From NCBI GenBank assembly GCA_044869275.1, contig JBIOXB010000099.1:1-39284 (forward strand): a DNA stretch of 39,284 nucleotides, written 5' to 3'. The DNA comes from a bacterium (GTDB taxonomy: Bacteria > Zhuqueibacterota > Zhuqueibacteria > Zhuqueibacterales > Zhuqueibacteraceae). A model generated the notes under the pieces. That model had not been told where the DNA came from. It saw only the letters and a program-made list of their open reading frames with translations, and made no database searches. The translations under genes and the position numbers were made by a program. Below are positions 34,767-39,284 of this stretch, piece after piece (positions within the stretch are counted from its first letter, which is position 1; every line of letters begins with the position of its first letter).

Positions 34767-36824
34767 ATGCATGGTCGCCCGCCTTTGCTTGCTGTGCTGA
34801 TTCTCGTCTTGAGTTTTTCCGCCTTTGCGCAACCACAAACTCATCCCTTTACCGTTCATGACATGCTCGCCATGGATCGCCTTTCCGAGCCGCAAGTTTC
34901 ACCCGACGGCAAATGGGTGGCATTCACCTTGCGCAAAACCGATCTGGAAGCGAATCGCGGCCGCATGGATTTGTGGCTGGTGGGCGTTGACGGCACAGGC
35001 CTGCGGCAATTGACCACGCATCCCGGCAGCGATTTCAGCCCGGCTTGGTCGAAAGACGGTAAGAGCATTTGGTTTCTCTCCACGCGTTCCGGATCCGCGC
35101 AAGTTTGGCGCATGCCCGTCGATGGTGGTGAAGCGGAACAGAAAACGAATCTGCCCCTGGAGGTCGGTGCCTTTGTGCTGTCGCCGGATAATGCTCTGCT
35201 CGCCGTGGCAATGGAGGTCTTTCCCGACTGCGAAACGATCGCCTGCACAAAGGAAAGATTGGAAGCTGCTGAAAAGCGCCAAGCCACTGGCCGCATTTAT
35301 GACCAGCCTCTCTTTCGCCATTGGGACACTTGGGAGGATGGGCGGCGCTCCCATGTGTTCGCCCTGCCCGCAAACGGCGGTGAAGCGATTGATTTGATGA
35401 AAGGCCTGGAAGCCGATTCGCCCTCCAAGCCTTTCGGCGGCGCGGAAGAAATTGCCTTCACCCCCGATGGCAAAGCCATGATCTTCACCGCGCGCGTGGC
35501 CGGCCGAGAAGAAGCATGGTCAACGAATTTTGATTTGTATTTTGTGCCCGTCGATGGTTCGGCGCAGGCCAAAAATCTCACTGAAAACAACAAGGCCTGG
35601 GACACGCAGCCAGCTTTTTCGCCCGATGGCAAAACCCTCGCCTATCTCGCCATGTCGCGCCCGGGTTATGAGGCTGATCGCTTTCGCATGGTGCTGCGCA
35701 ATTGGGCCGATGGGAAAGAACGCGTGTTGGCCGAATCGTGGGATCGCTCGCCGAACTTTGTGGTCTGGTCGAAAGACGGCAAAACGATTTACACCACCGC
35801 CGGCAATCTCGGTCAGAATTCCCTGTTTGCAATTGAGGTCGCGACCGGCAAAGTGAGCACGATCATTAGAGACGGACATGTTGGCGCCGTGGGGCTTGCG
35901 GGCCCGCGGTTGGTTTATGGCCTCGATCATTTGCGCTCGCCGGCGGAATTATATTCGGCGTTGCCCAATGGCAGCGAGGTGCGCCCGGTGACGCGCATCA
36001 ATGCCGAAAAGGTTGCCGCCGCGCGCATGGGCGAGCCCGAGCAATTCAGCTTCAAAGGCTGGAATGAGGAAATGGTTTATTGCTATATCGTAAAGCCGAT
36101 TGATTTTGATCCCAACAAAAAATACCCGGTCGCGTTCCTGATTCACGGCGGGCCACAGGGTTCGTTCGGCAATGATTTTCATTACCGCTGGAATCCCCAG
36201 GCTTATGCCGGCGCGGGCTATGCCGCCGTAATGGTCGATTTCCACGGCTCCACCGGTTACGGCCAGGCTTTCTGCGACGCGATTCGCGGCGATTGGGGCG
36301 GCAAGCCGCTGGAAGATCTGCAGAAAGGCCTTGCTGCCACGCTGGCAAAAAATCCGTGGATGGACGGCGGGCGCGTGGCCGCGCTGGGCGCTTCCTACGG
36401 CGGCTACATGATCAATTGGATCGCCGGCAATTGGCCCGATCGCTTCAAATGCCTGGTGTCTCATGATGGCAATCTCGACGAGCGGATGGCCTATTATGAT
36501 ACCGAAGAATTGTGGTTTCCGGAATGGGATCACCAGGGCACGCCGTGGGATAACCCTGAAAACTATGCCAAGCACAATCCCATCGATCACGTCAAGAAGT
36601 GGCAAACCCCGATGCTGGTGATTCACGGCGGCCAGGATTTTCGCGTAGTGGAAACCCAGGGCATGTCGACGTTCACCGCCTTGCAGCGTCGCGGCATTCC
36701 CAGCAAGTTTCTCTATTTCCCGGATGAGAACCATTGGGTGCTCAAGCCGCACAACAGCATTTTGTGGCATGAGACGGTGCTGGGGTGGTTAGATCGGTGG
36801 GTGAAGGGGGAGGGGACGAATTGA
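34767..36824 (+). CDS. S9 family peptidase (dipeptidyl-peptidase 5/acylaminoacyl-peptidase-like), secreted
   Basis: Signal peptide, PD40-like repeats, IHGGPQ, GASYGGY nucleophile, HGGQDFRV, FPDENHWVLKP; RBS AGGAGG. Confidence 0.95.
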   Translation: MHGRPPLLAVLILVLSFSAFAQPQTHPFTVHDMLAMDRLSEPQVSPDGKWVAFTLRKTDLEANRGRMDLWLVGVDGTGLRQLTTHPGSDFSPAWSKDGKSIWFLSTRSGSAQVWRMPVDGGEAEQKTNLPLEVGAFVLSPDNALLAVAMEVFPDCETIACTKERLEAAEKRQATGRIYDQPLFRHWDTWEDGRRSHVFALPANGGEAIDLMKGLEADSPSKPFGGAEEIAFTPDGKAMIFTARVAGREEAWSTNFDLYFVPVDGSAQAKNLTENNKAWDTQPAFSPDGKTLAYLAMSRPGYEADRFRMVLRNWADGKERVLAESWDRSPNFVVWSKDGKTIYTTAGNLGQNSLFAIEVATGKVSTIIRDGHVGAVGLAGPRLVYGLDHLRSPAELYSALPNGSEVRPVTRINAEKVAAARMGEPEQFSFKGWNEEMVYCYIVKPIDFDPNKKYPVAFLIHGGPQGSFGNDFHYRWNPQAYAGAGYAAVMVDFHGSTGYGQAFCDAIRGDWGGKPLEDLQKGLAATLAKNPWMDGGRVAALGASYGGYMINWIAGNWPDRFKCLVSHDGNLDERMAYYDTEELWFPEWDHQGTPWDNPENYAKHNPIDHVKKWQTPMLVIHGGQDFRVVETQGMSTFTALQRRGIPSKFLYFPDENHWVLKPHNSILWHETVLGWLDRWVKGEGTN

Positions 36825-36968
36825 GGGTCGAAGCTCGAGGATAGTAGATGGTGGATCGTAACTTGATTTTAACTTCGATTTTCTATCCTCCATCTTCAAT
36901 CTTCGATTCTCTACGCTTCGGCACCTCACGATCAACCATTCACGATCTACGATCCACGACGCACGAGC
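36819..36968. repeat. Inverted heptamer array, GATCGTG family
   Basis: ggtcgaa gctcgag gatagta gatggtg gatcgta ... ttcgatt ttctatc ctccatc ttcaatc ... cacgatc tacgatc cacgacg cacgagc; it ends like the 24422-24560 copy. Confidence 0.85.
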
Positions 36969-36980
36969 TTCGGAGGAACA

Positions 36981-37184
36981 ATGTCCAACTTTTTCCCCCT
37001 GCCCCGCGGCGATCGCTGGTATCTCCTCGCCGTTCTCGTTTTTGCTTTTGTAACCTTCCTGCCTTGGTCGCGGCATATTCAAGTGGCTGGCATGGCTTTG
37101 TTCGGCTGGTTGATGGCGGCATTGATGGTTTTCTCCCCCGCGATCGCACTGCTGCGCTTGTGGCGCGAAGCGAATAGGAATTAG
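36981..37184 (+). CDS. Small two-TM membrane protein, probable SSS symporter partner
   Basis: RBS GGAGG; two hydrophobic helices with LPW and ..G.ALFGW; lies upstream of the SSS gene as DUF3311/DUF997-type partners do. Confidence 0.75.
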   Translation: MSNFFPLPRGDRWYLLAVLVFAFVTFLPWSRHIQVAGMALFGWLMAALMVFSPAIALLRLWREANRN

Positions 37185-37220
37185 AGTGAACCGCCAAGCG
37201 AAGCCGTGTCTTGCGATGTA

Positions 37221-37470
37221 TTCAGGCAAGTTCAAAGCTGAAGCTCTTCGAGCGGCAAAGTTAGAGTGCATGGAATTGGAACAGCTCACGGGAACAAAAG
37301 ATGCCATAAGGCACTCAAAGTCAGAACAAAATTCTGAAGATTTCTTTGCCAACGGGTGAGAAGCGACCAACGGATTCAGAATAATCCGTTGGTCGTTTTT
37401 TGATCCGTTGGAGAGGTTTTTGTCTAAAGCTGCTCCGTAAAGTGTTTCGGTTTTCAGCTTGTCTGAAAAT
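37221..37470 (+). repeat. Structured dispersed repeat, copy 1 (nested hairpins; candidate ncRNA/MITE)
   Basis: Outer arms 37221-37256 / 37429-37467; inner hairpin 37349-37376 / 37383-37411. The right ~135 bp recur at 39034-39172. Confidence 0.7.
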
Positions 37471-37570
37471 CTGCTATAGGCGTTTTGTTCTAAATTTGAT
37501 GCGCTCATCGCATAGAATACGATAGGCAAGAGAATATTGGCGAAACACCAAAACAACTGCGGAAAAAAGC

Positions 37571-39001
37571 ATGGCCATTGAATATGGCGTCGTATTTGCC
37601 TATCTCCTCGGCTGCATCGGCATCGGCATTCTCGCCTCGCGCAAAGTCTTGGCTTCTCGCGACGAATATTGGGTTGCGGGCCGGCGCATCGGCACGTGGG
37701 TCAATGCCATCGCCATCATGGCGACGCTGGCGAGCGGCGGCTCGATCATCGGCGTGATGGGCATGGCCTACAGCGGCGGCATTCCTTACAGCCTGGCGCT
37801 GTTCGCCGGCGCGGTACTGGGTTTTCCGCTGGCCGCCATTCTCGTCGCCAAACCGTTGCGCAATTTCGGCAAATTCACCATCACGGATTTTCTGGTCTTT
37901 CGTTATCCCCATCCCATTATGCGGTTGCTCGTGCCCGTGATCATCGTGGTGAGCTTCACGGTTTACATTGTTGCGCAGATGAAAGCCGCCGGCATTACCG
38001 CGCACGCGCTGTTGGGACTGGATTATAAGGAAGCCGTCACGATCGCGACGCTGGTTTTCATTCTTTATGTTTCCATTGGCGGCATGCTCGCGATCACCTG
38101 GACGGATGTGATGCAAGGGATTTTGATGCTGGCCGTGGTGTTGGGCACGGCTTTGGTCATGATCGTGCGCATGGGTTCGCCCGCCGCCATTATGGCGCAA
38201 GCCGCCATCGCAGCGCCGGAACTGGGTGCGGTCGCCAGCCGGCCATGGTCGAGTTACGTCGGCTCATTCGTGTTGTGGGCCGCAGCCATTCCCGTGATTC
38301 CGCACATCATCATGCGCGTGTTCACGGCCAGAGATGCACGGGGCGCGCGTTTATCGCTCAACATTGCGATGATCATTTACAGCATCATGATTTTGGCCGC
38401 CGTGCTCGCCATCGTGCCCGTTGGCAAAATCCATTTTCCGGGCTTGCAGGACGCCGACCAGGTATTCTTGAAAGTGATGGAGCAAGAATTTCCGCCCCTG
38501 GTACGCGGATTGGCGGTGGCCGCCGTGCTCGCGGCGGTGATGTCCACCACCGATGCTCTGTTGTTGGCGTGCAGTTCTGCCGTGGCCCATGATCTATTGG
38601 GTAGTTTTATTCGGAAACGGTTCAACGAAAAAATCGAAAACTGGGTTGCGGTGGGGGTCGCGTGGGTGATTGGCCTGATCGCGATGTTCATGGCCTACTC
38701 GCCGCCCAAGCTGATCACGGAGTTCTATTCCGCCGCCATCGGCATGTTGAGCGCGGGATTGTTCGTGCCGGTGATTGCGGGTTTGTGGTGGAAACGAGCA
38801 AACGTGAGCGGTGGCGTGGCGGCGCTGTTGGCGGGAACGATTGTCTATCTCGCAGTGCAATATACTCCGGGAACACCGCCGCTTTCCGCCATTCTTTTTG
38901 CCTTACCCGCGGGCGTGCTGGCGATGCGGGTGTGCAGCCATTTAGGCGGACCCCCGCCAAAGGCTATTCTCGAGGCCATATCGAAATTGCATTCACAATG
39001 A
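37571..39001 (+). CDS. Sodium:solute symporter (SSS) family protein
   Basis: EYWVAGR.IG, AT.ASGGS..G..G..Y, TITDFL..RY, YV.IGGM.AITWTDV.QG, PHII.R.F, AAVMST.D.LLL..SS...HDL, GLWWKRAN..G. Confidence 0.95.
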   Translation: MAIEYGVVFAYLLGCIGIGILASRKVLASRDEYWVAGRRIGTWVNAIAIMATLASGGSIIGVMGMAYSGGIPYSLALFAGAVLGFPLAAILVAKPLRNFGKFTITDFLVFRYPHPIMRLLVPVIIVVSFTVYIVAQMKAAGITAHALLGLDYKEAVTIATLVFILYVSIGGMLAITWTDVMQGILMLAVVLGTALVMIVRMGSPAAIMAQAAIAAPELGAVASRPWSSYVGSFVLWAAAIPVIPHIIMRVFTARDARGARLSLNIAMIIYSIMILAAVLAIVPVGKIHFPGLQDADQVFLKVMEQEFPPLVRGLAVAAVLAAVMSTTDALLLACSSAVAHDLLGSFIRKRFNEKIENWVAVGVAWVIGLIAMFMAYSPPKLITEFYSAAIGMLSAGLFVPVIAGLWWKRANVSGGVAALLAGTIVYLAVQYTPGTPPLSAILFALPAGVLAMRVCSHLGGPPPKAILEAISKLHSQ

Positions 39002-39033
39002 AGGGCAAATAGAAAAGCAAACACGAACGCAGA

Positions 39034-39172
39034 TCTGAAAGTCTCTTCACCAACGGATGAAGAGCGGCCAACGGATTCGGAGTGGAATCCGTTGGCCGTT
39101 TTTCATCCGTTGAGTGATTTTTTAGTTTAAAGCTGCTCCGCAAGAAGCTCCGGCCTTCAGCTGTTCTGAAAA
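39034..39172 (+). repeat. Structured dispersed repeat, copy 2
   Basis: tctgaa..caacggatgaagagcggccaacggattc-loop-gaatccgttggccgtttttcatccgttg..taaagctgctccg..ttcagct..tctgaaaa, matching 37333-37470. Confidence 0.75.
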
Positions 39173-39282
39173 TTCGGGATAAATTCTTTCCGTGAAACTT
39201 CTTCCGCAATTTTCAAATACACGTTTCGAATCGTCAACTCATACTGCTTTTTTTCCTGCCACACGCTCCAATCCCACCATTC
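39157..39282 (-). CDS. Possible C-terminal fragment of a gene entering from the right edge
   Basis: Open frame ...EWWDWSVWQEKKQYELTIRNVYLKIAEEVSRKEFIPNFQNS* with its stop at 39157-39159; too short to identify. Confidence 0.4.
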   Translation of the reverse strand, partial: EWWDWSVWQEKKQYELTIRNVYLKIAEEVSRKEFIPNFQNS

Positions 39283-39284
39283 TG

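Noticed and set aside
36789..37556. 255-aa minus-strand ORF
   Set aside because: It runs through two repeat elements and antisense to the small membrane gene, and has no recognisable motifs.
1..39284. Complete DGR, transposase, integrase, tRNA or rRNA
   Set aside because: No RT (YxDD), Avd, AAC-rich template repeat, DDE/HUH/recombinase ORF or RNA-gene signature was recognised.

Overview
Bacterial chromosomal window, GC-rich by eye, gene-dense, mostly housekeeping/transport. Gene content resembles FCB-group candidate phyla such as KSB1 (inference only). It holds about 29 complete CDS plus partial ORFs at both edges: a DASS/SLC13 symporter, a membrane-anchored CHASE2-sigma54 activator, a manC/PTS-IIA/Zn-ribbon operon, a ~1360-aa membrane protein with apparent tandem RCK and tandem ACT-like domains, and a run of DUF1684, FAD reductase, OM barrel and Zn/Mn ABC transporter genes. 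These are followed by a TPM/NTase/LemA/cstA/CHAD/CYTH/GIY-YIG/REC run on the minus strand, two NACHT-like NTPases with C-type-lectin-fold C-termini (FGE and DUF1566), an AAA_14/DUF4143 ATPase, a PYROXD2-like oxidoreductase, an S9 peptidase and an SSS symporter. No rRNA, tRNA, CRISPR array, transposase or reverse transcriptase was seen. Intergenic regions are unusually rich in structured repeats: inverted heptamer arrays, two MITE-like cassettes with nested REP-like palindromes, and a twice-occurring hairpin element with G:U-biased and compensatory changes. The best candidates for something undescribed are the RCK-RCK-ACT-ACT membrane protein, a possible remote DGR target (NACHT-DUF1566), and the structured repeat elements. 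All domain calls come from motif recognition by eye; no searches were run.
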